Assembly (NCBI GenBank): GCA_943788915.1
Contig: CALSSD010000008.1
Location: forward strand, 186,001-250,000
Length of the DNA stretch: 64,000 bases
Direction: 5' to 3'
Origin: an uncultured Acidimicrobiales bacterium
GTDB lineage: Bacteria; Actinomycetota; Acidimicrobiia; Acidimicrobiales; UBA10347
Shown here: piece by piece, positions 50,684-60,222 of the stretch
Numbering within the stretch: position 1 is the stretch's first letter
Layout of the letters: the number at the start of each line of letters is the position of its first letter
Position numbers and translations under genes: made by a program
Notes under the pieces: model-generated
Seen by the model: only the letters and a program-made list of their open reading frames with translations
What the model was told of the DNA's origin: nothing
Database searches by the model: none

Positions 50684-53206
50684 CTGCACCGAGCAGTCGT
50701 TGTCGCCGAGTTCGGGAGCTGCGTTCTCAAGCACCACGATGCCTGCCCCGCCACCGGAGCACACATTGCCGGAGAGTGCAGCGGTCGCATCACCCTGGAT
50801 CAAGAAGGCAGCCGCCTCGGCATTCTCAACCGTATTGTTCGTCAAGGTTGGTTGGGCGGTGCCGCTGAGTTGGAACCCAAGCTGTTGATCGATGCTGAGG
50901 TTCCCGTCGGCGATACCCGCACCGGCAACGCCGTAGAGAATGCCAACGCCGCCGATACCGGCGCCATCAACACGGTTCGCACGCAACTCAGGTGTTGCCT
51001 GATCACTGACTTGGATACCGATCACGAACCCGAACACCTGGTTGTCGCGGGCAATGCCTGCGCCGTCCTCGGCATAGAGCAGGCCAGCTCCAGATCCTTG
51101 CTCGGCGTCATCAGCGCCATCAGCGGAATCGGTTCCTTCGGCGGAATCTTCAGCATCATCAGGTGCGGCCGTGTCATCACTGGCAGTTGCCACCGGGACA
51201 AGCGCGAAGAGCGTGTTCGCTTCGAGCGTCGGCGCTGCTTGACCTGCGACCCGCACACCAACGACGCCAGCATCGGTAATGGTGTTTCCTCGGACCTCAC
51301 CAGCACTGTCGTCCTCAAACGACAGGGCGCCGGCCTTGGCATTCCGGATCTGATTATTTTCAATAATCGGCAGGGCGTTGCCACTAACACCGATGCCGAA
51401 GTTCTGATCAGTCAACGTGTTACTGATGATCGTGGGCTGACTTTCTTCGGTGACCAGGATTGCCGTGTCGCCGCCGGTGACGGTGTTTGACTCGACACGT
51501 GGTGACGCGTTGCCGCCCGATTGGATGCCGATTGCTAGATGTCCCTCGATCACATTTGATCGTAGAACCGCAGTGGTTTCACCACCCAGGATCACCGCAG
51601 CGTCGAGCGAGCCAAGGATGCGGTTTGATTCAAGTATCGGCGACGACTGGTCGTTCGTCTCGATACCCACCTGCTGGTCGCTCACGGTGGAGCCCATGAA
51701 CTGTCCAGCGGAGTCCTCGCGGAAGACCACACCCACGAGGCCACCTTCGATCGTGGCATCAACATGGATCGGTGCCGCGGAACCTTCGGCGACGATCCCA
51801 GCACCGGCTTCGGCCATGACCACATTCGAGGTGAACTCGCCTACCGACATTTCGGTATGCAGGATGCCAGCTATCTGGGATTGATCAATCAGATTGTCAA
51901 ACACCACAGGTGTTGCCGAACCGCCAACAAGCAGACCAACATCGGCGCCACCAATCGAGGTCTCGGAGACCGAAGCAGTCGACGTGCCCCGCAGCGAGAT
52001 GCCCACGGCATGACCAGAAATCACGTTTCGTTGCAGGACCGGAGCAGCACCATCCTGCACATCGATGCCAACAATGTCGACGGCTTCGAACGTGTTTTCT
52101 AGGATGGTTGGCGCCGAATCATCGTCGATCAGAAGTCCTGCGACCAGATTGTCGGTGAACATGTTCAGTGCGAGTTCGGGTGTGGCCTGATTGCTGACCT
52201 GTATGCCCACGCCATTGGAGCGCACAACCGTGGATTGTGTCTGCCCGCCAGAGGTGTCGAAGAAGCAGATCCCGCACTGGCCGTTCGACTCGATCACGCT
52301 GTTCACGATGCTCGGGGTATAAGAGCCGGTGACGGCTATGCCTGCGGCGCTGTTGTCGGAGATCGTCGATTGATCGATGGCGACCACAGGATCGGTAGTC
52401 GATTGGTCGGTTTCGGTGAGGACAACGCCGCTGCCACCTCCGCCTTCTTCGTCGACGACCCCACCCGACACGGTCATATTCACCATCTCAAGTGATGCAT
52501 CGACGGCAATCACAACGGACGCCGGCACATCACCAACATGGCGAATCGTGAAGTCGTTCATGATCATGCTGCCGCCACCAAGGACGGCGAGAACGGCAGT
52601 GTCCGCAGTCGACTCAAGAATGGTCTCGTCTTGGCCAGCACCGACCAAGATCAGGTCACCTTGCACAAGAATCGACGCATCGAGTGTGAAGGTGCCTTCG
52701 GAGAACGTGACCGAGGAACCAGGCCCGAGGGTGGCCAGGATCGCCACCAGGTCATCGTCCGGACTCACCGCAACGTCGCGGGTTTCGACCTGGATGCCCT
52801 GACGAACCAGCTCAACCAAATATTGATTCAGCGTGTCTTGACCCGCATAGTTCGCCAGTGCGAGGTCGACCTCGGCCTCAAGGCCTTGTTCGGTGCAATT
52901 ATCGTTCGGGTTGGTCGCAACTCGAACGATTGTTTCGGCCACATCGTTCTGGAACTCTTCCAAGCCAGCAAGTTCCGAAGATGCAAGAAACTCATCAGCG
53001 GTCGTTTCGCTGAATGGTTCCAGAAACGCATCGAACCGGTCAACGACCTGCTGGGCTGCAGCCGCACACGATGTGGTCGCTTGTGGTTCGCTCGTTCCCG
53101 AGCAACCAGCGGCTACCAGCAGAGCGACAACTACTGCCACCACCCGACTTCTTCCCAGACGTATCACCGCTCGGATCCTAGTGTTCTCTGCGCGACCACG
53201 GATCAA
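50681..53206 (-). CDS. Right-handed parallel beta-helix repeat lipoprotein
   Basis: Lipobox AAGC; many GIxVxxxAxPxLxxN PbH1-like repeats. Confidence 0.82.
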   Translation of the reverse strand: MIRGRAENTRIRAVIRLGRSRVVAVVVALLVAAGCSGTSEPQATTSCAAAAQQVVDRFDAFLEPFSETTADEFLASSELAGLEEFQNDVAETIVRVATNPNDNCTEQGLEAEVDLALANYAGQDTLNQYLVELVRQGIQVETRDVAVSPDDDLVAILATLGPGSSVTFSEGTFTLDASILVQGDLILVGAGQDETILESTADTAVLAVLGGGSMIMNDFTIRHVGDVPASVVIAVDASLEMVNMTVSGGVVDEEGGGGSGVVLTETDQSTTDPVVAIDQSTISDNSAAGIAVTGSYTPSIVNSVIESNGQCGICFFDTSGGQTQSTVVRSNGVGIQVSNQATPELALNMFTDNLVAGLLIDDDSAPTILENTFEAVDIVGIDVQDGAAPVLQRNVISGHAVGISLRGTSTASVSETSIGGADVGLLVGGSATPVVFDNLIDQSQIAGILHTEMSVGEFTSNVVMAEAGAGIVAEGSAAPIHVDATIEGGLVGVVFREDSAGQFMGSTVSDQQVGIETNDQSSPILESNRILGSLDAAVILGGETTAVLRSNVIEGHLAIGIQSGGNASPRVESNTVTGGDTAILVTEESQPTIISNTLTDQNFGIGVSGNALPIIENNQIRNAKAGALSFEDDSAGEVRGNTITDAGVVGVRVAGQAAPTLEANTLFALVPVATASDDTAAPDDAEDSAEGTDSADGADDAEQGSGAGLLYAEDGAGIARDNQVFGFVIGIQVSDQATPELRANRVDGAGIGGVGILYGVAGAGIADGNLSIDQQLGFQLSGTAQPTLTNNTVENAEAAAFLIQGDATAALSGNVCSGGGAGIVVLENAAPELGDNDCSVQ

Positions 53207-53235
53207 ACCTGTTGGGGCTTCCAGGACTGATACGG

Positions 53236-53688
53236 CTACTCGGGGTCTGCGGCGTCGAGGACACCGGGCAACACGATGACCGATGAGCCGTTCACGAGCC
53301 GGTCATTATCATCCGCGATGAACGTGTCGGTGCCAAAAGTCCCAGTGACCGATGGGTTTGCCGGTGCGGGTTGGAGGCGTTCGTGGAAGGTGTACGGGTC
53401 GATGATGGTCGCCTGCTGATCGATCAGAGCTTGTTCGATTGTTGCTCGAAGGTCGGGGTCGAGCACGGCCGTGCCGATGATCTCGCCACTGATGTCAAGT
53501 CCGTTGCTGCCCACTGCGGTGTCTGGACCATCGTCGAGTGCAATGTCGATGAAGTCGTTGCCCATAGACAGACTGTGTAGATCCACCACGGTGTTCGCTG
53601 CGGCACCAAGGTGCTCGAGCAGGTCGCTGCGGCGTTCTGACAGGAAGATCGTGGTGTCGGCAGCCACATGCTCGAGACCACGCAACAT
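53236..53688 (-). CDS. Hypothetical protein (5' end uncertain)
   Basis: Protein-like composition; frame stays open a short way upstream (ELYEKQALAFHL). Confidence 0.5.
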   Translation of the reverse strand: MLRGLEHVAADTTIFLSERRSDLLEHLGAAANTVVDLHSLSMGNDFIDIALDDGPDTAVGSNGLDISGEIIGTAVLDPDLRATIEQALIDQQATIIDPYTFHERLQPAPANPSVTGTFGTDTFIADDNDRLVNGSSVIVLPGVLDAADPE

Positions 53689-53801
53689 CAGATGGAACGC
53701 CAGCGCTTGTTTTTCGTAGAGCTCCCTATTTGGGTTTGGGTACGTTCACGGGCAACGGTTGTGCAGCCGCACAGAGCGCTCTCGCCGGAGGCAAGGTTTC
53801 T

Positions 53802-53966
53802 TCAGGATTTCTTCTGAGAACGACCCGAAACAACTATCTTCAACGCCTCGACAACGTCACCTTCGATCCGAAATCGTCGATCCCACCGGTCAACCGAATC
53901 ATCCGATAGTTCCGCAACAGTGTCCTGTTCAGACTCGTTTGCCCGGTCTCGGCTCGCCCCACTCAT
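53802..53966 (-). CDS. Small 54-aa ORF downstream of the IS1595-like gene
   Basis: MSGASRDRANESEQDTVAELSDDSVDRWDRRFRIEGDVVEALKIVVSGRSQKKS, read by hand (below the ORF-track cutoff). Confidence 0.5.
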   Translation of the reverse strand: MSGASRDRANESEQDTVAELSDDSVDRWDRRFRIEGDVVEALKIVVSGRSQKKS

Positions 53967-54075
53967 CACATTCACGAGACGAATCTAGCCCGCGCGGGCA
54001 ACCCCCCACTCATCACCCGACAGCTCACCTGAGGGCCCTGACGAGTTCCCGGATGTGCCGGTCGATGGGTGTCCA

Positions 54076-54117
54076 CCTAGTCCTGTTCATCGGCTTCCTA
54101 GTCCTGTTCATCGGCTT
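54076..54117. repeat. 21-bp perfect tandem duplication
   Basis: cctagtcctgttcatcggctt x2. Confidence 0.9.
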
Positions 54118-54171
54118 CGTTGTCGTCGACGAATAGATCCACGCGGCCCGGCCCAACCTCTCGCTAAGGGC

Positions 54172-55422
54172 TTATTCATTCGACATATCGTCGGGCGCCG
54201 AGATCCATGCAGGTCCAAGTTCGGGAGCTTCGATTATGGCCGGCTCATCCTCCGGCCTATCCAGCCATCCGACCCCGAGTGAGTCTGCATCGAGACTCGT
54301 AACTGCTTCCTGTACACGCTGCTTCTTAGGGCGCTTTTGGCCACTCGTTTCCGCCTGTTCCCTCCGCTTTCTGACACGGAGCGGAGATAGACCTGGGTTC
54401 GATACGGCGTCAGGGATGTTGGACGGTTCTCGTCCGGTCGGCTCCACAATTGGAGAGTTATCCACAGGAGCCTGCGACCGGTTGGCGGGCTTCTCCGCAG
54501 GGTCATTTCCGCGTGATCCGGAGGTCGGTGTCTGCTGTTCTTCGGTCGACGTAGTTGCGCTGGCGGCTGCCGCTGGGCGAGGCTCACGTGTTCGCACATC
54601 ATCCGCATCTGGCTGAAGCGTTGACGGTCTTTTTGACGCCTCGTTTGGTCCCTTCGTAGCCACACCAGACTGCGAATCCCTCCCCTGTTCCGACGGTGAT
54701 GAGTGCCCAGCATGTGGAGCTTTTGTGCTTGTCACGTGTTGATCAAAAGCTTCAACAAGCGCTCCTTCCACATCGGACTCTTCCCGCTCACCTTTTGCCT
54801 CAAGCCGTGCTCGTTGGACAGCACGTTGCACCCGATCGGCCGCCCTGTTTTCGAGTCGCCTTCGCGCCTCAAGGACCTCTGCAGCAGACCGGTCGCGTCG
54901 TGCCCGTTCCTGTTCCACGCTCGATCGCTGCCCAGTGGACATCTCGAGCCACACAGGTGTATTCGAACCCAACGCAGGGTCTGCAACCCCGGTTTCGGCG
55001 AGAGCGTCCTGGATGCGGTTCAACATGGCCCAAGCGGACTTCTCGGTCACATCCCAGCGGTTTGCAATGTCTCGAGCGGACACCCCAACCGGATCAAGAC
55101 ACAGCTCCATGACCGCACCAACCCAGACTCGAACAGGCATTTTCGTGGCGTGAAGCACCGTGTTTGTCAGTACCGAAAACTGTCGTCGGCAACTGTTTTC
55201 GCGACACTTCCACACCCTGCGCTGCGACCGAGCCGAGCTCCCACCCTTCGATATTCGGCCCTCTGGATCCTTGGGCTTGAGGAACCACGCGCCCTTCTCA
55301 GACCCACAATGTGGGCACTCAGTTGGGCCGTCGTCACCCCACCGCAAACGCTCCAGGAACGCATAGGCGTCGGCTTCGGTATCGAACTCGGCAGGCGCGA
55401 GCAGCGTCGTTTCGTTCCCCAT
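54172..55422 (-). mobile_element. IS1595-family transposase-derived gene (Zn ribbon and HTH; no recognisable DDE domain)
   Basis: AYAFLERLRW..CPHCGS...WKC...CRRQFSV..NTVLH.TK...SAR....V..KSAW.ML.RI, then a coiled-coil and low-complexity tail. Confidence 0.75.
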
Positions 55423-55464
55423 CATCGTCACACTATGCAGGTAGTTGTTGGGTTTGGCAATTGT

Positions 55465-56646
55465 CTACCCGCGCACAAATGCGGAAATGTCGAGCGCCGT
55501 AGACGCCCCGGCGAGATGCCCAACCAGAGCCTCGGCAAGCCCGGTCGAGTGCTTAAAACCATGCCCACTACACGGCGACGCAAACATCACATGTTCTGAT
55601 TCCGGATGCCGATCGATCAGGAAATGGTCATCACTGGTGGTCGTGTACAAACACACCGCGCTGTGCGAAATGGTAGGTCGGACACCGGTCAATCGGGGTA
55701 CGACGAGCCGCTCGTAGTAGTCATCCACCTCGTGCTGATGCACGGTTCGATCGACCGTTTCCGCGGTTGTTGTTTCGTGAAATTGTTCACCGAGAAGCTT
55801 CAATCCCGGCCGTCCACCCCGCACTATCGGGAAGACCGCGGAGTAGTCAGCGATGCTGTCGCCAGGCCAAAGGATGAACGGGAAATGGTCTGCGGAAAAG
55901 TCCTCAGGGTCCTCAACATCGAACCAAAACACGGTCTGACGGGTGACCGTGACCGCTGCAGAATCGACGGCTGGCGCCAGTTCCGGGAACCATGCCCCGG
56001 TGGCCACCAGCACTTTTTGACCCCAATATTCGGCGTCAGCGGTGTGGATTTTCACGCCGTCAATACCCGGATGTACTGCCTGTACCGGCGTGTTCAGGAC
56101 CGTCGACGCCCCCGCGAAACGGGCCAATTGGAGCTGCGTTTCGACGGCCCGTTCGCACATAACAACGCCTCCCGTTGGCTCGAATCCGAGCTTTTCGTCG
56201 CCGTTCAAACGGATACGAGGCAAGTGTGTACGCACCTGTTCAGGGGTGCGAACCTCGAACGGAATCGACGCCGAAGCCGCCACCACTGCGGTGCGATCGA
56301 CGAATCCACCCCATCGCTCATCCTGGGTTCGGTCGGGCGGAGTGATGATGTAACCACCCGGTTGATGCAATAATTCGCGTCCGGTTTCAGCCTCGAGTTG
56401 GCGCCAGATCTGGTGCGACCGGGCGACAAATGGCAGGTATTGCGGCCCTTCGCCAACCGCTAAGCGGGTGATCCTGGTCTCGGCATGCGACGACCCAAAC
56501 TGATGTGGAGGGTCGAATCTGTCGATGCCAAGCACCCGCATCCCGGCCCGAGCAGCATGCATCAGTGCTGCACTTCCTACCGCTCCCAAACCAACAATGA
56601 TGAGGTCAAATTGTCGCTCAGCGGCTTCGTCATTCACGATAGACAC
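55465..56646 (-). CDS. solA: N-methyl-L-tryptophan oxidase / monomeric sarcosine oxidase family
   Basis: GLGAVG, GSSHAETRITR, CLYT..DDHFLID, SPCSGHGFKH. Confidence 0.88.
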   Translation of the reverse strand: MSIVNDEAAERQFDLIIVGLGAVGSAALMHAARAGMRVLGIDRFDPPHQFGSSHAETRITRLAVGEGPQYLPFVARSHQIWRQLEAETGRELLHQPGGYIITPPDRTQDERWGGFVDRTAVVAASASIPFEVRTPEQVRTHLPRIRLNGDEKLGFEPTGGVVMCERAVETQLQLARFAGASTVLNTPVQAVHPGIDGVKIHTADAEYWGQKVLVATGAWFPELAPAVDSAAVTVTRQTVFWFDVEDPEDFSADHFPFILWPGDSIADYSAVFPIVRGGRPGLKLLGEQFHETTTAETVDRTVHQHEVDDYYERLVVPRLTGVRPTISHSAVCLYTTTSDDHFLIDRHPESEHVMFASPCSGHGFKHSTGLAEALVGHLAGASTALDISAFVRG

Positions 56647-56713
56647 GAGGTTTGTTGTACTACGGCCTCGGCCCTGAAACCTCGCACATCACCAGTAAGT
56701 GCCGCAGCCCGCA

Positions 56714-57733
56714 CTACTCCCCCTGGACGACGGCTTGGCTCTGGAGATAATTAATGGTCGGGTATTTCGGCGGATTCTGTTCGTCGTGACATGACGGCAG
56801 ACAGGCCATTGGATAGTCAGCAGTGGCGTTGAAAAAGAACGGAATCGAATACCGCGACTGGCCAGCGACAGAGTTATTTGCGAAGTGACGAGTGCTCAAG
56901 AACCGGTCGTTCGACCATTGCTTCAACAACTCCCCTGAGTTCACCACGAACGCATTCTCACTCCGAGGTGCCTTGATCCATTGATCTCGTTGCGCACTGT
57001 GGATCACTAACCCAGGCGAGTCCTGCAGCAACAGGGTGAAGAACGTGGTGTCGACATGGGGAGCGATACCAAATTCGTCGTCTTCGTTCGGAGCAAACGG
57101 CGGATAATGGGTGAACCGCAAACGCCAAAATGGTGTCTCGAACGCAGGCGCAAAGAAGTCCCGATCGAGGTCCAACGCGACTGCGTAGACCGGTAACAGT
57201 CGCAGAGCCAGGTCGCTGACCGCGCGTCCGTACTCCTCGATGGCAGCACGGAAACCGGGAAGATCCTGCTCGGGAAGCCACTGGTTGTCGCCATAATCGA
57301 CACCCCGGTCGCCCTTCAGCAGGAACGCCTCGTTCAGATTTCCCTTGGCCCGCCGAGGCAGACGTCGCTCGCCAACCGGCATGTACCCGACCGTCGAAAC
57401 CGGCCAGTCTGGGTTGTCAAGATTGATCTTCTGCTTGGTCGCCAGATCGAGATCATGGAAGCGACGGGACCACTCGAAGGTGTCGGCAATGAGCGGTTCG
57501 GGGATCTGATGACCGACGAGTTGGTAGAAACCGACCTCTTCACATGCATGCCGCAGGGTGTCGGCGACGAGCTGTAGATCGACATTTGCGCCGGTCGCGA
57601 AGTAGGGACCTACGTCGACCGTCGGAATATCTCCTGGCTCAGGACCGGCAGGATTCGAGATATCCCATGAGGTGGCTTCGGCGAGCAGTTCCTGCTCTTT
57701 TGCTTCCGGATCGAAGGAGCCCGACGACGTCAT
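56714..57733 (-). CDS. 2OG-Fe(II) oxygenase (isopenicillin N synthase family)
   Basis: ACEEVGFY, HYPP, PHVD (HxD), STRH, RYSIPFF. Confidence 0.88.
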   Translation of the reverse strand: MTSSGSFDPEAKEQELLAEATSWDISNPAGPEPGDIPTVDVGPYFATGANVDLQLVADTLRHACEEVGFYQLVGHQIPEPLIADTFEWSRRFHDLDLATKQKINLDNPDWPVSTVGYMPVGERRLPRRAKGNLNEAFLLKGDRGVDYGDNQWLPEQDLPGFRAAIEEYGRAVSDLALRLLPVYAVALDLDRDFFAPAFETPFWRLRFTHYPPFAPNEDDEFGIAPHVDTTFFTLLLQDSPGLVIHSAQRDQWIKAPRSENAFVVNSGELLKQWSNDRFLSTRHFANNSVAGQSRYSIPFFFNATADYPMACLPSCHDEQNPPKYPTINYLQSQAVVQGE

Positions 57734-57770
57734 CGCCCGATTCTACGACCATTCGTACGTGACAGAATCG

Positions 57771-57802
57771 AAAAGTTACGTACCCCTGGGGAGGTAACTT
57801 TT
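57771..57802. repeat. REP-like family A copy 3
   Basis: aaaagttacgtacccc-t-ggggaggtaactttt. Confidence 0.8.
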
Positions 57803-57881
57803 GGGTTCTCCACCTCCGGGCCCAAACAGGTAGCGCCACCCGTCACAGGATCGACTCTTGACGAGCACCGAGTAGGCGTGG

Positions 57882-57895
57882 GAACGTGTGTTCGA
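57882..57895. promoter_or_regulatory. LexA SOS box at the dinB start
   Basis: GAAC-gtgt-GTTCGA matches the Gram-positive/actinobacterial GAAC-N4-GTTC box. Confidence 0.7.
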
Positions 57896-59073
57896 TGTCT
57901 ACGATCTTGCATGCCGACCTTGATGCCTTCTATGCATCGGTCGAGCAGCGAGACAACCCCGCCCTGCGAGACCGCCCAGTGATGGTTGGCGGTGGTGTCG
58001 TGCTTGCGGCAAGTTACGAAGCGCGGGCCATGGGTGTCCGGACCGCAATGAATGGACGCCAGGCCCGACAACTGTGCCCAAACATCATCGAAGTTCCGCC
58101 ACGTATGCAGGCATACACCGATGCAAGCAAGGCCGTCTTTGACATCTTCCACGACACCACACCCGAGGTCGAAGCCATGTCGATCGACGAGGCATTCTTG
58201 GACGTCACCGGGCTTCACCGGCTCGTGGGACCTGGTCAGGTCGTCGCTACAGAACTCCGTCGACGGGTCCTTACCGAAGTCGGCCTCACCATCAGCGTGG
58301 GTTGTGCTTCGACCAAGTTCCTGGCCAAGGTCGCAAGCACCGTCAGCAAACCCAATGGGCTCTTGGTCGTGGAACCTGGCCGTGAACTTGAGTTCCTGCA
58401 TCCGCTGCCGGTTGAACGGCTGTGGGGTGTGGGCCCAGCCACTGCGCAGAAGTTGCGCGACCGAGGCATCACCCATGTCAAGGATGTCGCAGCTGCCGAC
58501 ATCGACGCGCTCATGGCTTTCCTGGGCAAGGCATCGGCTCGGCATCTGCATGCCATCAGTAACAACCAGGACGAGCGCCGAGTCGACACCGGTCGGCGCC
58601 GACGTTCGATTGGTTCCCAACGTTCGTTTCCGCGTGGTGAGTTGCAACGCAACGAGTCCAACGACGTCGTGCTTGAAGTTGTTGACCGGGTAACCAACCG
58701 TCTTCGGAATGCAGACCGGGTTGCTCGCACCGTGGTGTTACGACTGCGTTTTGGTGATTTCACCGCCGCGACCAGGTCCCACACCTTGCCCCAGGCCAGC
58801 GACAGCACCGCACTGATCCATCGCACCGCGAAACATCTGCTCGACCAGGCATGGCCGCTTGCCGAAGAACGGGGACTCACCCGAGTGGGGATCTCCGTCA
58901 CCAACCTATGTCGTGCCGACGCGGTGCAACTCGCCCTCAACTTCGACGGCGCTGCCCCACCCGAACTCGACGCCACTATCGATCAGATTCGCGACCGGTT
59001 CGGCACCCAATCCATCGGCCGAGCCACCCTCGTCAACCGCGACCTCCGCACCGTGCCGCTACTCCCCGACTGA
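57895..59073 (+). CDS. dinB: DNA polymerase IV
   Basis: ILHADLDAFYASVEQ, SYEAR..GV, SIDEAFLD, KFLAKVAS..KPNG, LWGVG. Confidence 0.95.
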   Translation: MSTILHADLDAFYASVEQRDNPALRDRPVMVGGGVVLAASYEARAMGVRTAMNGRQARQLCPNIIEVPPRMQAYTDASKAVFDIFHDTTPEVEAMSIDEAFLDVTGLHRLVGPGQVVATELRRRVLTEVGLTISVGCASTKFLAKVASTVSKPNGLLVVEPGRELEFLHPLPVERLWGVGPATAQKLRDRGITHVKDVAAADIDALMAFLGKASARHLHAISNNQDERRVDTGRRRRSIGSQRSFPRGELQRNESNDVVLEVVDRVTNRLRNADRVARTVVLRLRFGDFTAATRSHTLPQASDSTALIHRTAKHLLDQAWPLAEERGLTRVGISVTNLCRADAVQLALNFDGAAPPELDATIDQIRDRFGTQSIGRATLVNRDLRTVPLLPD

Positions 59074-59100
59074 TCAACGCCCACGACGCGCGCACATCCA

Positions 59101-59112
59101 GGGTCAGACCCC
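59101..59112. repeat. GGGTCAGACCCC REP-like motif
   Basis: Same motif as at 10152 and 37316. Confidence 0.55.
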
Positions 59113-59168
59113 GCATGCACACCTCTGTCGGTGATCTCAGATTTCGGCGCCGTACGCCCATGCCGTAG

Positions 59169-60113
59169 CTACCCGGATACTTCGGTCAGGAAGTCATCGA
59201 TCATGGCATCGAGCCCAAAAGCGGGTTCCCAGCCCCACTCGGTCCGAGCCACCGCGTCGTCGATTGTCAGATTGCGAGCCAGGCTCAACGCTGCGGCAGG
59301 GTCAATATCGAAGGTGATTTCGGCGCCAGGCACCCTGGCCTTGACAGCATCGGCGATTTCCCCCGCGTTCGGTGTGGGGCGAGCACCATCGACCAAATAG
59401 TTCATGGTCTTGATGTCGTCGAGGGGCGCGGCTGCCAGATCGATCGCCGCTTTCGCTGCGTCCTTGTAATACAGGATTGGAATGACGGTCTCCGGTCCAG
59501 TCCACACGCTGAACGCTTCGCCTTTACCTGCGGCTTCGATCATCCAGCTGGTGTATTGCGCCAGGCTTTTGGTGGTCACGCCTGGTCCCACAATCGACGG
59601 ATAACGAAGACCACGGAAGTCGAGTCCATACTTCTCCCGATACCACGCACCCAGGTTTTCGGCGAAGACCTTGGTCACGCCATAGATGCTGTTTGGCCGC
59701 TGCAGGCTCATGTCGTCGACCGGCACACCCTTCTCCAAGTCACGTCCGTAGGTGCCGATGCTGCTGGCGAAGATGATTTGCTCGGTGTCTGCCTGGCGTG
59801 CGGCTTCGAACAAGGTGATCACGCCGGACACGTTTGACCGCAAAAGGCCTTGGGGGTCGTCTTCGCCCGGCCCGGTAAGCGTGGCACCGAAGTGATAGAT
59901 CTGGGTTGGCGCCGTGTCCGCGACCAGTTGTGCGATCGCGTCGTCGTCACCCAAGTCGGCCTGCACGGTCTGCACCTGGTCAACAATGTCGGCTATCCGG
60001 GTGAAGTTGCCCGACCTGTGGGCCACCACAACATCGTCTCGGCCCTGGGCCACCAACATGCGAACGATCTCGGCACCGATAAACCCGGTGCCACCAGTAA
60101 TCAGAATGGTCAT
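59169..60113 (-). CDS. NAD-dependent epimerase/dehydratase (SDR-type L-threonine dehydrogenase-like)
   Basis: ITGGTGFIG, ASSIG, YGVTK, DFRGLRYP. Confidence 0.85.
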   Translation of the reverse strand: MTILITGGTGFIGAEIVRMLVAQGRDDVVVAHRSGNFTRIADIVDQVQTVQADLGDDDAIAQLVADTAPTQIYHFGATLTGPGEDDPQGLLRSNVSGVITLFEAARQADTEQIIFASSIGTYGRDLEKGVPVDDMSLQRPNSIYGVTKVFAENLGAWYREKYGLDFRGLRYPSIVGPGVTTKSLAQYTSWMIEAAGKGEAFSVWTGPETVIPILYYKDAAKAAIDLAAAPLDDIKTMNYLVDGARPTPNAGEIADAVKARVPGAEITFDIDPAAALSLARNLTIDDAVARTEWGWEPAFGLDAMIDDFLTEVSG

Positions 60114-60222
60114 GCCCCGAGCTTCCCACGCGGCCCCACACAACGTGTAGAAGAAGGGACACGTGCCTGCTTGGCACCTGTTGCATAGTGTGCAGACCAA
60201 CACCACAACGCAGGGGGAACGT

